Assembly: GCA_963842525.1 (NCBI GenBank)
Contig: CAWJGT010000003.1
Span: 32,001-96,000 of the forward strand
Direction of reading: 5' to 3'
Source of the DNA: an uncultured Holophagales bacterium
GTDB taxonomy: Bacteria > Acidobacteriota > Thermoanaerobaculia > Multivoradales > UBA5704
DNA length: 64,000 nt
Shown piece by piece: positions 1-9,877 of the stretch. Position numbers and translations under genes: made by a program. The stretch's first letter is position 1. Each line of letters starts with the position of its first letter. The notes below the pieces were generated by a model, which saw nothing but the letters and a program-made list of their open reading frames with translations, had not been told where the DNA came from and did not search any database.

Positions 1-1
1 C

Positions 2-472
2 GACCGTTTGAACCAGCTCGGCCTGACGATCCAGCTCCTGGCGCAGTCGTTCCACCTGGAATCCCCCCGTTCGCTCAAGCACCTGGTCGAGGAATGGTCG
101 CAGAAGCTCCAGCGGGTCGGCTCCGCGGAGCTCGAGCCGATGCTCGCCGAGATGGTACAGGGTGCCCCCTTCATCCAGATGGGCTATTTCGTCGATACGA
201 GCGGCTACACGGTGGCCCTCTCCTGCAACCGCGGCCTCGCCCAGGACAACGGGCACGCGATGACGGCCAACATGCGGGAGATCGACATGACGCGCCGCCC
301 CTGGTACCGGGCGGTGTCGCGCGAGAAGCGCTCGACGCTCACGCCGCCGTACGATTCGCTTTTCAACGGCGAGAAGGTCTTCACGGTCGCCTCGCCCATG
401 CTCGGCCGCGACGGCTCGTTCCTCGGCGTGGTCGGGATCGACATCAACGTCACGGGATGGACCAGGATCTGA
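2..472 (+). CDS. Methyl-accepting chemotaxis protein, 3' part only (end of signalling domain plus C-terminal Cache-like domain)
   Basis: Open from the window edge. DRLNQLGLTIQLLAQSFHLESPRSLKHL closely matches the tail of the MCP at 1236-2864. Cache-type motifs RPWY...TPPY...FTVASP...GVVGIDI. Confidence 0.85.
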   Translation, partial: DRLNQLGLTIQLLAQSFHLESPRSLKHLVEEWSQKLQRVGSAELEPMLAEMVQGAPFIQMGYFVDTSGYTVALSCNRGLAQDNGHAMTANMREIDMTRRPWYRAVSREKRSTLTPPYDSLFNGEKVFTVASPMLGRDGSFLGVVGIDINVTGWTRI

Positions 473-473
473 C

Positions 474-920
474 ATGGCCGGCCTCGGTGGCGGACGCAGG
501 GGCCTCACGGCCGGCAGCCATCTGCTGGTGCAGGCCGGGGAGTACGTCTGCGCCCTGCCGATCGGGTCGGTCCGCCGCGTGCTGCGCTCCCTGCCCGTCC
601 ACCCGCTGCCGGGCTCGGCCGTGGAGCTCAAGGGGCTCGCGGAGTTCGCCGGCGAGCCGCTGCCCGTCCTCGACCTCGCCCGCCTGGTCGACGCGCCGCC
701 GGCCGCCCATCCGAGCTACCCGGTGACGGTCGTGGTCTGGGTGGGGTCGCCGTCCGAGCGCGAGCTGGTCGGCCTGGCTGCGGATGCGGCCCTGGACGTG
801 GCCGAGGTGCCGCCGTCGTCGGTGGTCGGCGGGGACGGCGGCTTGGTCCTCGGGGAGGCTCCGCTCGGGGAGGCGTCGGTGCGGGTGCTCAACCTCGAAG
901 CCCTGGGGCAGGCACATTGA
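474..920 (+). CDS. cheW: CheW-like coupling protein
   Basis: ALPIGSVRRV, PLPGS...LKGLAEFAGEPLPVLDL, VGLAAD pattern; chemosensory operon context. Confidence 0.85.
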   Translation: MAGLGGGRRGLTAGSHLLVQAGEYVCALPIGSVRRVLRSLPVHPLPGSAVELKGLAEFAGEPLPVLDLARLVDAPPAAHPSYPVTVVVWVGSPSERELVGLAADAALDVAEVPPSSVVGGDGGLVLGEAPLGEASVRVLNLEALGQAH

Positions 921-1255
921 GCGCGCCGGCGGCGCCATCGGGACGGGGCTGGCTGTTGCTGCGCGGCGGCGGCGCGCTGTGGGGGGTGGAGAACGCCGCG
1001 GTGCAGGGGCTGGCGCGCCACGGCGGAGTTTTCCGGATTTCGCTCGCCGGGCGGATGCTCTACGCCGACGAGGTCCTCGGAGTGGTGCCGGACCTCGCGG
1101 TGCGGCCGGTCTCCCGGGTGCTGCGGCGCTTCTGGCCCGAGCCGGCCGGCGGTATGGCCGTGCACGCCGAGGAGCCGCTGATGATCGTCGATCCCCGGGT
1201 GCCGCCGCGCGCGCTCGTGGAAGGAGAGGTCGAGGATGGCGAAGGTCGCGACTGA
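917..1255 (+). CDS. Short, divergent CheW-like protein
   Basis: LYADEVLGVV...GGMAVHAEEPLMIVDP resembles CheW subdomains; start overlaps the cheW stop codon. Confidence 0.6.
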   Translation: MSAPAAPSGRGWLLLRGGGALWGVENAAVQGLARHGGVFRISLAGRMLYADEVLGVVPDLAVRPVSRVLRRFWPEPAGGMAVHAEEPLMIVDPRVPPRALVEGEVEDGEGRD

Positions 1256-2864
1256 AGCGGGCAACCACCCCCTGACCGGCCTGTGGATCGCGGCCGGGGC
1301 CGCCTTCTCCGGCCTTGCGCTGATGGCCGTGGCCGAGGCCTGGGGAGCCCAGGGGTGGCTCTTCGAGGCCTATCTCCTGATCGCCGGGTTGCTGGTCGCC
1401 CTCTACGCCTGGTACATCTATGGCGGCCAGCGGCTCCGCAGCCGCCAGGTGGAGGAGGCCGAGGCGCGCAACCGGCGGGCCGAGACGGCGCTGGTCCAGG
1501 CCCTCGAACGGCTGCGGATGGGAGACCTGGTCAACTGCGCGGAGCGGTCGCGCGAGCTGCCGGGCCGGCTGGCGGCGAGCTTCGCCAATGCCACCAACGC
1601 GCTCGACATGCTGGCGCAGCAGATCCAGGAGAGCTCGATCGAGGTGGCCGGGGCGGCCAACTCGGTCAACGAGATCGCCACGGAGCTGGCCTCCGGGTCC
1701 TCCCAGCAGGCGGCCTCGGTGGTGGAGATCACCGCCGCCATGGAGGAGCTGGCCCGCACCGCCTTCCAGATCGCCGAGAACGCGGCCACCCAGGCGAGCC
1801 TGGCGCAGAAGGCCGAGGAGGCCGGCGACCGCGGCAAGGCCGCGGTCGGCGAGGCGGTGCAGGGGATCGAAGAGGCGAGGAAGCGGATCCAGGGGATCGC
1901 CAGCCGCGCCGAGACCCTGGGCGTGCGCTCGCGCGAGATCTATCGCGTCCTCGACCTGATCACCGAGATCGCCCAGGAGACCCACATCCTCTCCCTGAAT
2001 GCCGCCATCGAAGCGGCGGCGGCGGGCGAGCACAGCCGGCGTTTCTCCGTGGTGGCCGAGGAGGTGCGCCGCCTTGCCCAGCGCTCCCAGGAGTCGGTCG
2101 ACTCCGTGCGCAACCTGCTCGACGAGTTCGCCAGCTCGATCCGCGCCACCATCGTGGCCACCGAAGAGGGGAGCCTGGAGGCCACCGGCGTGCTCGAACG
2201 GGCGCGCACCGCCGCCTCGGCCATCGACGAGCTGCGCACCACGGCGGGCGACAGCGCCCGGGTGTCGCGCGAGATCTCGCTCGCCACGCAGCAGCAGAAC
2301 GCCGCTTCCGACGAGGTCGTGCTCACCCTGAAGGAGGTGAGCTACGTGGTCCAGCGCATGGCTGACGGCCTCAAGCAGTTCACCGAGACCGCCGACCGCC
2401 TGCACCAGCTCGGGCTGGTCATCCAGATGCTGGCGCAGTCCTTCCATCTCGACTCACAGCACTCGCTCAAACATCTGGCCGAGTCCTGGGCGGGCGAGGT
2501 GCGCCGCCGGCTCGGCAATTGGGAGGCCATCGAGCGGCTGATCAACGAGCAGGTGCAGAGGAAGCCATTCGTCGAGTGCCTCTACTTCTACGACGGCCGG
2601 GGCGGGCAGGTGGCCCTCACGGTCAACCGCCAGCTCGTGGGCCATGGCGAGATCCCCCCGGCGGTCAAGGCGGGCGAGGGGTTCACCGAACGGCCCTGGT
2701 ACAGGGCGGCCGTGCACGAGAAGCACACCATCCTGACCCCGCTCTTCAACTCCCTGCTCACCGGCCAGCCGATCTTCACCGCCGCCACCCCGCTCTACGA
2801 ACGGGGCGACCTGGTGGGGGTCCTCGGCCTCGACGTCAACGTCGACAGTTGGACGAAGATCTGA
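1236..2864 (+). CDS. Methyl-accepting chemotaxis protein with C-terminal Cache-like domain
   Basis: Two adjacent N-terminal TM helices, HAMP-like segment, MCP hairpin (IAQETHILSLNAAIEAA...FSVVAEEVRRLA), then RPWY...LTPLF...IFTAATP...GVLGLDV. Confidence 0.9.
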   Translation: MAKVATEAGNHPLTGLWIAAGAAFSGLALMAVAEAWGAQGWLFEAYLLIAGLLVALYAWYIYGGQRLRSRQVEEAEARNRRAETALVQALERLRMGDLVNCAERSRELPGRLAASFANATNALDMLAQQIQESSIEVAGAANSVNEIATELASGSSQQAASVVEITAAMEELARTAFQIAENAATQASLAQKAEEAGDRGKAAVGEAVQGIEEARKRIQGIASRAETLGVRSREIYRVLDLITEIAQETHILSLNAAIEAAAAGEHSRRFSVVAEEVRRLAQRSQESVDSVRNLLDEFASSIRATIVATEEGSLEATGVLERARTAASAIDELRTTAGDSARVSREISLATQQQNAASDEVVLTLKEVSYVVQRMADGLKQFTETADRLHQLGLVIQMLAQSFHLDSQHSLKHLAESWAGEVRRRLGNWEAIERLINEQVQRKPFVECLYFYDGRGGQVALTVNRQLVGHGEIPPAVKAGEGFTERPWYRAAVHEKHTILTPLFNSLLTGQPIFTAATPLYERGDLVGVLGLDVNVDSWTKI

Positions 2865-2886
2865 GCGCCGTTCAATAGGAGCCTGT

Positions 2887-4965
2887 GTGGATCCGGAGTT
2901 CGCCGATCTCGTTCCGCTCTTCGTCGAGGAGGCGCGCGACCGTATCGAGCGGCTCTCCTCCTTCGTGCTCCGGCTGGAGACGGACGGCCGGGCGGTGGTC
3001 GAGATCAAGCGCGAGCTGCACACTCTCAAAGGGGCCGGCCGCATGCTGCGGCTGGGGGCCCTCGCCGAGCTCTGCCACGCGGCCGAAGAGGTCCTCCAGA
3101 CCCGCTCTCCCGATCTGCCCGGGCTGATGACCCGGGTCGTCGATCAGCTCAGCAGGATGGTGGACGCGGTCTCGCACGGCAACGATCCGCTGCACGACCC
3201 CGAGCTGCTCGGCCTCCTCGGCCAGCCGCGGGCGAAGCAGGCCGTGGACCCGCCGGCCGCCCCTCCCGCGAAGGAGCCGGATGCAGCCCTTCCAGCTCCG
3301 GCGCCTGCGCCCCGCAGTCCCCTCGCCGGGGACATCCGCGTGGACAGCGCCGCCCTCGACGCGGTGGCCGAGCGGGCGACCCAGGTGCGCATCCTGGCGC
3401 TCTCCGGCCGGCAGATCGTCGAGAGGCTCTACGACCTCGCCCGGCTCGCCGAGGAGGGCGTGCGCGAGCCGCAGCCGGTGCAGGTGCTGGCCGTCCTCTC
3501 CACCATGCTGCGGCGGGTCGCGGTGGAGCTCGAGGGCGGGCAGCGGCGGCTGGTCCGCGCCGGCGAGCAGCAGCTCGAGAAGATGCTGGCGCTCCAGCTC
3601 CAGCCTCTGCGCGGGGCGATGCACGTGCTCGCTCGCCATGCCCGGGAGCTGGCCCGATCCCTTCACCGCGAGGTCGAGGTGGAGCTGGAGGGGGAGGACA
3701 CGCGGCTCGACCGCCGCATCGCCCGCGAGCTGGAGGACGCGCTCCTCCATCTGGTGCGCAACGCCGTCGACCATGGCATCGAGCCGCCCGACGTGCGCGA
3801 GGGCAGCGGCAAGCCACGGATCGGGCGCCTCCAGGTCCGGGCCGTGCCGCAGGGTCCGAAGGTCCGCCTGTCGATCTGCGACGACGGAGGCGGGGTCGAC
3901 GTGGCCGGGGTGATCGAGCGGGCGGTGGCCCTCGGACTCGTGGACCGGGCGAGCGCCTCCGGGCTGAGCCGGGACCGGGCCCTGCGCTTCCTCTTCACCC
4001 CGGGGTTCTCCACCCGCGGCCAGGTCTCGGAGATCTCCGGCCGCGGCATCGGGCTCGACGTGGTGGCCGGCGTGGTCAACCGTGTGGGTGGCGAGATCTT
4101 CCTGGACACCGAGCCGGGCGAGGGCACCACAATCACCATCGAGGTGCCGGTGGCGCGCCGGGGCGAGGCGGTCATGCTGGTGCGGGCAGGACAGCTCCGG
4201 CTGGCTCTCCCCTCCGCGGTGGTGCGGCGGGCCACCCGGCTCGACCCGGACAAGGTCGTCGAGCGCGACGGCCGGAGCTTCGCCCGCTTCCCGGACCGGC
4301 TGGTCCCGTTCGTCCCGCTCGCCCGGCTCTACGGCCAGACGGCGAGCGACCAGCAGCTCCTGCTCGAAGGGGTGATCTCGGGGCAGCCGCTGGCGCTGGC
4401 GGTGGACGACGTCGAGGGAGAAGAGGAGGTCCTGGTGCGTCCCCTCACCCGGCGGGTCGCCACCGACCGGCTCCTCGAAGGGGTCGCCCTGCTGGCGTCG
4501 GGAGAGCCGGTCGGGGTGCTCTCGCCGACCGTGCTGTCGCAGCGCGACGTCCTGCGCGCTCTGCCGGGCGGGCGCGACCGGATCGTGATCCACAAGCTGC
4601 GGGTCCTCCTGGTCGACGACTCGCTGGTGACCCGCGAGATGGAGCGGCGGCTGCTGGAGGATGCCGGCTTCCAGGTGGCGGCGGCCGGCGACGCCGACGA
4701 GGCCCTGGGCCTCCTCGGCGAGCAGACGTTCAACTGTCTGGTCACCGACATCGAAATGCCGGGCATGGACGGCTTCGAGCTGACGGCGCAGCTCCGGGCC
4801 ATGGAGGGCCTCACGCAACTGCCGATCATCGTGGTCTCGACCCGCGACCGGCCCGAAGACCGCCTCCGCGGCCTCAAGGCCGGCGCCGACGCCTACCTGA
4901 CCAAGCAGAGACTGGACGCCGGCGAGCTGGTGGACCTCGTGCGCCGCCTCGGGGGTGGACGTTGA
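2887..4965 (+). CDS. cheA: Hybrid CheA histidine kinase with C-terminal receiver (WspE-like)
   Basis: Hpt ELHTLKGAG, HLVRNAVDHGIE, DDGGG, GFSTR...SGRGIGLDVV, CheW domain, REC LLVDDS...TDIEMPGMDG...YLTK. Confidence 0.95.
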   Translation: MDPEFADLVPLFVEEARDRIERLSSFVLRLETDGRAVVEIKRELHTLKGAGRMLRLGALAELCHAAEEVLQTRSPDLPGLMTRVVDQLSRMVDAVSHGNDPLHDPELLGLLGQPRAKQAVDPPAAPPAKEPDAALPAPAPAPRSPLAGDIRVDSAALDAVAERATQVRILALSGRQIVERLYDLARLAEEGVREPQPVQVLAVLSTMLRRVAVELEGGQRRLVRAGEQQLEKMLALQLQPLRGAMHVLARHARELARSLHREVEVELEGEDTRLDRRIARELEDALLHLVRNAVDHGIEPPDVREGSGKPRIGRLQVRAVPQGPKVRLSICDDGGGVDVAGVIERAVALGLVDRASASGLSRDRALRFLFTPGFSTRGQVSEISGRGIGLDVVAGVVNRVGGEIFLDTEPGEGTTITIEVPVARRGEAVMLVRAGQLRLALPSAVVRRATRLDPDKVVERDGRSFARFPDRLVPFVPLARLYGQTASDQQLLLEGVISGQPLALAVDDVEGEEEVLVRPLTRRVATDRLLEGVALLASGEPVGVLSPTVLSQRDVLRALPGGRDRIVIHKLRVLLVDDSLVTREMERRLLEDAGFQVAAAGDADEALGLLGEQTFNCLVTDIEMPGMDGFELTAQLRAMEGLTQLPIIVVSTRDRPEDRLRGLKAGADAYLTKQRLDAGELVDLVRRLGGGR

Positions 4966-6416
4966 ACCGCATCCTGGTCGTCGACGACAGCGAGATCACG
5001 CGGGCCATCCTCGCCCGCACCCTGCGCGGCGCCGGCTACGAGGTCCTGGAGGCGCGCGACGGCGCGGAAGGTGCGCTCATCGCCCTGCGGGAGCGGCCGG
5101 CGGTCGTCATCACCGATCTCGAGATGCCGATCATGGACGGCTTCCCCCTGCTCCGCCTCCTCAAGGCCGACCCCCTCTGCGCGCACATCCCGGTGCTCAT
5201 CCTGACCAGCCACGCCGAGGCGGCATCGCGCTTCTGGAGCCTGCGCACCGGCGCCGACGCCTACCTGACCAAGGACCACCGCCCGCAGGACCTGGTGGCC
5301 ACCGTGCGCGCCCTTGCCCGGCAGTCCGCCCGGGCGGACGCAGCCGCTCCCACGAATGGCGGCCCCGCGGGCCCGCTCCTCGCGGCCTCGGGCACCGAGA
5401 TCGGCCCGCTGGACGTGCTGGCTCGGGTGGCGCGCCAACTCGACGCGAGCCTCCTCCAGGCGACGGTGATCAACACCCTGCTCGAGCGAGGCATGGCCGC
5501 CGCCGACTTCCACGAGGTCAGCCGCGCCGCCCTGGAGACCCTGGGCGAGGTGGTGGATGCGCGGTTCCTGGCCGTGGCCGTGGCCGAGCCCGAGTCGGCC
5601 ATGGTGCAGATCGTCCTCCAGGAGCCGCTGGGTCAGGTGGGCCTGGACGTGCTGCACGACCTGCTCGTCCACCGTCTCGACCTGCCGCCGGGGAAACCCA
5701 TCGAGGTGCAGGTGAGCGGCGCCCGGGGCGAGGGGTCGGTGGACCTCGCGGGCACCCGCTGGTGGCCGCTGTCGTTGCGCGACGCCCGCGGCGTGCTCGC
5801 CCTCCTTCCCCGTGACCAGCAGCCTTTCGGCATGGCGACGGCCAGCCTGATCGACGACCTGACCGGAGCCCTGACCCTGGTCCTCGACAACGCCCGCCTG
5901 TCGCAGCGCCTGCGCGAGCTGTCCACCCTGGACGGCCTGACGCGGCAGCTCAACCACCGGGCCATCTACGACCGCCTCACCGAGGAGCTGGACCGTTCGC
6001 GCCGCTACCGCTATCCGATGAGCGTGATCCTCGGCGATTTCGACCACTTCAAGGAAGTCAACGACTCCTACGGCCATCTGGCTGGAGACGCGGTATTGCG
6101 GGAAGGGGCCGCGGTGCTGCGCCGCTGCCTGCGCTCGACCGATCTGCTCGGCCGCTACGGCGGCGAGGAGTTCCTGGCCGTGCTGCCGCAGGTCGACCTG
6201 GAGGCGGCGAAGCTGGCCGCCGAGCGCCTGCGCCAGGGCCTGGAGAGCTTCCCCGTGCGGCTCGAATCCGGCGTGACCGTCCACATCACCGCCTCCTTCG
6301 GAGTCGCCTCCCGCGACGAGCTCTCCTCCCAGGTCACCGGAGACCTCCTCGTCTCCCTTGCCGACCGCCGCCTCTACGAGGCCAAGGACGCGGGAAGGAA
6401 CTGCGTGCGGCCATAG
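4962..6416 (+). CDS. Response regulator diguanylate cyclase (REC-linker/GAF-like-GGDEF)
   Basis: N-terminal REC (ILVVDDS, TDLEMP), DGLT, DFDHFKEVNDSYGHLAGD, RxxD I-site (RSTD) and RYGGEEF active site. Confidence 0.95.
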   Translation: MNRILVVDDSEITRAILARTLRGAGYEVLEARDGAEGALIALRERPAVVITDLEMPIMDGFPLLRLLKADPLCAHIPVLILTSHAEAASRFWSLRTGADAYLTKDHRPQDLVATVRALARQSARADAAAPTNGGPAGPLLAASGTEIGPLDVLARVARQLDASLLQATVINTLLERGMAAADFHEVSRAALETLGEVVDARFLAVAVAEPESAMVQIVLQEPLGQVGLDVLHDLLVHRLDLPPGKPIEVQVSGARGEGSVDLAGTRWWPLSLRDARGVLALLPRDQQPFGMATASLIDDLTGALTLVLDNARLSQRLRELSTLDGLTRQLNHRAIYDRLTEELDRSRRYRYPMSVILGDFDHFKEVNDSYGHLAGDAVLREGAAVLRRCLRSTDLLGRYGGEEFLAVLPQVDLEAAKLAAERLRQGLESFPVRLESGVTVHITASFGVASRDELSSQVTGDLLVSLADRRLYEAKDAGRNCVRP

Positions 6417-6423
6417 GCGCGCC

Positions 6424-6810
6424 TTACCAGACCGTATCTACGATCGCGGACGAGCGGATGTCATCATCCTTGGTGACCAGCGTAATCCCCAATTCCATCG
6501 CGGTCGCCACGATCATCCGGTCTGCAGGATCCCCGTGGAATCCACTATCGAGAGTGCCTGCTGTCACCGCAATAGAGGGAGTGATCGGGAGCACCCTGAA
6601 AATGTCTCCCGGCAGGGCTCCTTGGACCCAGATCCGGACGTCGCGATCGAATGCCAGGCGCTGCTTGGAGACCAGCATAGCCACCTCCCAGCAACTGATG
6701 GCCGAGACGCCGAGCTCGTCGGCGGCTGCGATCGCCACACGAGCGGCGGGGGAGAGGCGTTCCGGGGCGGCGTTCCACCAGACCCAGACATGCGTGTCGA
6801 GAAGGATCAA
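6424..6810 (-). CDS. vapC: PIN-domain VapC toxin
   Basis: LLDTHVWVW, SAISCWE, HGDPADRMIVATA, LVTKD. Confidence 0.92.
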   Translation of the reverse strand: MILLDTHVWVWWNAAPERLSPAARVAIAAADELGVSAISCWEVAMLVSKQRLAFDRDVRIWVQGALPGDIFRVLPITPSIAVTAGTLDSGFHGDPADRMIVATAMELGITLVTKDDDIRSSAIVDTVW

Positions 6811-7031
6811 GATTCGGCGTCCCAGGTCTCATCCGTGGGAGAGACGATGTCCTTCTCCCAGAGGATACTGCCCAGGAGGGGGCGCGGCTTCTCGAAGGGA
6901 ATGACCTTGGCGACGGGTTTGCCCTGCCGGGTGACAATGAGAGTCTCTCCCGTCGCCGCGACCTCGTCGAGCAGAGAGAGACTATGGTCTGCAAATTCCT
7001 CTGCGGCTACGGAACGTGCTTTGGTCGACAT
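6807..7031 (-). CDS. Phd/YefM-family antitoxin
   Basis: LSLLDEVAATGETLIVTRQGKPVAKVIP; 4-bp overlap with the PIN toxin gene. Confidence 0.9.
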   Translation of the reverse strand: MSTKARSVAAEEFADHSLSLLDEVAATGETLIVTRQGKPVAKVIPFEKPRPLLGSILWEKDIVSPTDETWDAES

Positions 7032-7121
7032 GGCTCAGTCCTCGATCGGTTCTGGCCGGGGCGGCCTACGCCTGCACTTTAGTCTACCTCTTCGGCAGAC
7101 TTCGGGCCTTCAGGGTAGCCC

Positions 7122-7493
7122 TCAGGCCGCTCCCAGGAAGTCACGGCGGATCCGCTCCATCCGCTCCCGGTTGACCCCGAAGTCCCGGACGCCATAGCGG
7201 GCTGCCGAGCGGAAGTGGATCTGCTTCGCTCCGTCGTCGAAGGCGAATTCGACGTCGTCCGGGAAGCGGAAGACCCGCGAGCGGCAGACGGCGTGGAGGT
7301 AGTCCGGCTCGTCCTGGACGATCTTCGTCCGCTCCATGGCGCGCAGGACGCGGAGCAGCCGCTCCCGCGCTTCGGCCGGCGGGCCCGTATACGGGATCGG
7401 GTCCATGTGCTTCGAGCCGGGCGGCGCCAGGGTCGAGACGCAGTTCGGGGTCCGAGGGCAGGGGGCCAGCCGGGAAATGGACGGTGTCGTCAT
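7122..7493 (-). CDS. DUF1499 family protein
   Basis: LAPCPRTPNCVST, FRFPDDVEF, IHFRSAARYGVRDFGVNRERMERIR. Confidence 0.88.
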   Translation of the reverse strand: MTTPSISRLAPCPRTPNCVSTLAPPGSKHMDPIPYTGPPAEARERLLRVLRAMERTKIVQDEPDYLHAVCRSRVFRFPDDVEFAFDDGAKQIHFRSAARYGVRDFGVNRERMERIRRDFLGAA

Positions 7494-7544
7494 CGCTCTG
7501 CCGCCATCCTACTCTATGATGAACGGCTTCTTGGAGACCGCGCC

Positions 7545-8648
7545 ATGACCTCGCTCGACAGCCTGCCCACGCCCGCGCTCCTGCTCGACCTCGACGTGCT
7601 GGAGCGGAACCTCGGGCGCATGGCCGGGAAGGCCGCGTCCCTGGGCGTGACCCTGCGCCCGCACATCAAGACCCACAAGTGCATCGAGGTGGCCGAGCGC
7701 CAGCGGGGCCTCGGGGCCTCCGGGATCACGGTCTCGACCCTCTACGAGGCCCGGGTCTTCGCCGATCACGGGTTCAACGACATCACCTGGGCGTTCCCGG
7801 TGATCCTCAACCGGCTGGATGAGGTGCGGGACCTGGCCGGCCGGGTGACGTTCCGGGTGGTGGTCGATTCCCTGGAGGCCGTCGCCGCCTTGGACCGGCT
7901 CGGCATCCCACTCCATGCCTGGATCAAGGTGGACTGCGGCTATCACCGCGCCGGGGTCGATCCCGAGGCTCCCGAGGCCGTGGAGGTGGCCCGGGCGATC
8001 GCCGGCTCGCCGCGGCTGACGTTCGACGGCATTCTCACTCATTCGGGCCATTCCTACAACGCCAAAAGCCGGGAGGAGGCCGCCGCCATCGCCGAGCAGG
8101 AGCGCCGGGTGATGGCCGGCTTCGCCGAACGCCTGCGGGTCGAGGAGATCGAGGTGCCGGGCGTGAGCGTGGGGTCGACCCCTGCCATGTCGACCGTGGC
8201 GAGCCTGGAAGGGATCACCGAGGCGCGGCCGGGCAACTATGTTTTCCATGACTACGCCCAGGTGGTCATCGGCTCGTGCGCGGTCCGCAACTGTGCCGTT
8301 ACGGTCGTGTCGAGCGTGGTGTCCTCCCGGGGCGCCCACCGGGGGGACAACCGCTGCGTGGTCGACGCCGGGGCCCTGGCCCTCTCCAAGGACACGGGGC
8401 CGGACCGCCCCGAGCATCCGACGATGGGAGAGACGTTCGCCGACTATGCCGCGGGTGTCCTGAGCCCCGGCGTGCGGCTCCTCTCCCTGTCCCAGGAGCA
8501 CGGGATCCTGAGCGCCTCTCTGCCTGTGGGGACGCGTGTGCGCATCCTCCCCAACCATTCGTGCCTGACGGCGGCGTGCTTCGACGAGTATTTCGTGGTC
8601 CGCGGCGACGAGGTGGTGGACCGCTGGCGGATCTGGCGCGGCCGTTGA
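7545..8648 (+). CDS. Fold-type III PLP enzyme (D-threonine aldolase/D-serine dehydratase-like)
   Basis: LPTPALLLD, LRPHIKTHK (PLP Lys), HRAGV, THSGH, SVGSTP, RPGNYVF, SQEHG, PNHSC. ATG at 7545 follows GGAG. Confidence 0.88.
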   Translation: MTSLDSLPTPALLLDLDVLERNLGRMAGKAASLGVTLRPHIKTHKCIEVAERQRGLGASGITVSTLYEARVFADHGFNDITWAFPVILNRLDEVRDLAGRVTFRVVVDSLEAVAALDRLGIPLHAWIKVDCGYHRAGVDPEAPEAVEVARAIAGSPRLTFDGILTHSGHSYNAKSREEAAAIAEQERRVMAGFAERLRVEEIEVPGVSVGSTPAMSTVASLEGITEARPGNYVFHDYAQVVIGSCAVRNCAVTVVSSVVSSRGAHRGDNRCVVDAGALALSKDTGPDRPEHPTMGETFADYAAGVLSPGVRLLSLSQEHGILSASLPVGTRVRILPNHSCLTAACFDEYFVVRGDEVVDRWRIWRGR

Positions 8649-8805
8649 CGCCGCGAGCACTATGCTAAGCTAAAGCGCCCTGCCGAGCGGGGGGAGAGGG
8701 TGGCGTTGTCACGCCTGGGGCACTTCCGGCACTTAGGAGAAGGGAAGATCCACTCGGCCGCCGGCCGGGTTGAAACGGACATCCGATGAGGGACAAGGAG
8801 ACATC

Positions 8806-9075
8806 ATGAGCTGGGAAGACCGCGAAGACACTACGATCTACAAGGTCGTGATGAATCACGAGGAGCAGTATTCCATCTGGCCGTCGCACCGCGAGAACCC
8901 CCTGGGCTGGAACGACGTCGGCAAGCAGGGGCCGAAGCAGGAGTGCCTGGACTACATCAAGGAAGTCTGGACCGACATGCGGCCGCTCTCGCTGCGTAAG
9001 AAGATGGAAGAGATGGAGCGCGAGCGCCAGCAGCAGCAGGAGCAGGAGCCGCAGCAGGGCCAGGAGAGCAACTGA
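8806..9075 (+). CDS. mbtH: MbtH-like protein
   Basis: [15 protein letters not shown]...PLGW...[18 protein letters not shown]; RBS AAGGAG upstream of ATG 8806; Gln/Glu-rich tail. Confidence 0.97.
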   Translation: MSWEDREDTTIYKVVMNHEEQYSIWPSHRENPLGWNDVGKQGPKQECLDYIKEVWTDMRPLSLRKKMEEMERERQQQQEQEPQQGQESN

Positions 9076-9103
9076 CCGGCCGGACCGCGCTGTTCGAAAG
9101 CCT

Positions 9104-9877
9104 ATGAAACCCAGCTCTTCCCCTGCCGAGCGGTGGCTGGCCTACCGCGAGGTCAATCCGCGTGCCCGGCTGCGCATGTTCTGCTTCCCGTATGCCGGGG
9201 GCGGCGCGTCCGCCTATCGCGGCTGGGCCTCGTCGCTGCCGTCCGACGTCGAGGTCTGCCCGGTGCAGCTTCCGGGCCGCGAGAGCCGCCTGCGCGAGCC
9301 GGCGTTCGACCGGCCCGTGCCGCTGATCCAGGCGGTCGCCGACGCCCTGCAGCCGTGGCTCGACATGCCGTTCGTCTTCTTCGGCCACAGCATGGGCGGC
9401 ATGATCAGCTTCGAGCTGTCGCGGGAGCTGCGCCGGCGGGGCCAGAAGCTGCCACTGCACGTCTTCGTCTCCGGCCGGCGGGCGCCGCAGCTCCCGGCCC
9501 GGGACGAGCCGATCCACGACCTTCCGGAGCCCGAGTTCATCGCCCAACTGCGCGAGCTCAACGGCACCCCGGAGGAGGTCCTGCAGCACGCCGAGCTGAT
9601 GAAGCTGCTCATCCCCGTGCTGCGCGCCGACTTCGCGGTCAATGAGACCTACGAGTACACCGAAGAGGAACCCTTCGACTTCGGGCTCTCCGCCTTCGGC
9701 GGCCTCGGCGACGAGGAAGTCACGCGCGAGGACCTGGCGAGCTGGCGCGACCATGTGCGGGGCCGCTTCCGCCTGCGGATGCTGCCGGGGGACCACTTCT
9801 TCCTCCACGGCGCCAAGGACCTGATCACCGAGGCCGTGGCCCGCGACATGGCCGAGCTGCCGGTCCCGGCCTCGTGA
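9104..9877 (+). CDS. Type II (editing) thioesterase
   Basis: FCFPYAGGGAS, VQLPGRE, GHSMG nucleophile motif, LRADF, GDHFF. Confidence 0.95.
   Translation: MKPSSSPAERWLAYREVNPRARLRMFCFPYAGGGASAYRGWASSLPSDVEVCPVQLPGRESRLREPAFDRPVPLIQAVADALQPWLDMPFVFFGHSMGGMISFELSRELRRRGQKLPLHVFVSGRRAPQLPARDEPIHDLPEPEFIAQLRELNGTPEEVLQHAELMKLLIPVLRADFAVNETYEYTEEEPFDFGLSAFGGLGDEEVTREDLASWRDHVRGRFRLRMLPGDHFFLHGAKDLITEAVARDMAELPVPAS

Noticed and set aside
450-6284. Long antisense ORFs over the chemosensory operon, and similar ones elsewhere (e.g. 46788-49514, 51246-54332, 55934-59074)
   Set aside because: High-GC shadow frames opposite well-supported genes, with no recognisable motifs.
8645-8805. Riboswitch or ncRNA in the mbtH leader
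   Set aside because: A possible promoter is present (TTGACG, TGn-TAAGCT, 15-bp spacing), but I cannot recognise any known RNA motif or terminator; an Rfam scan would be needed.
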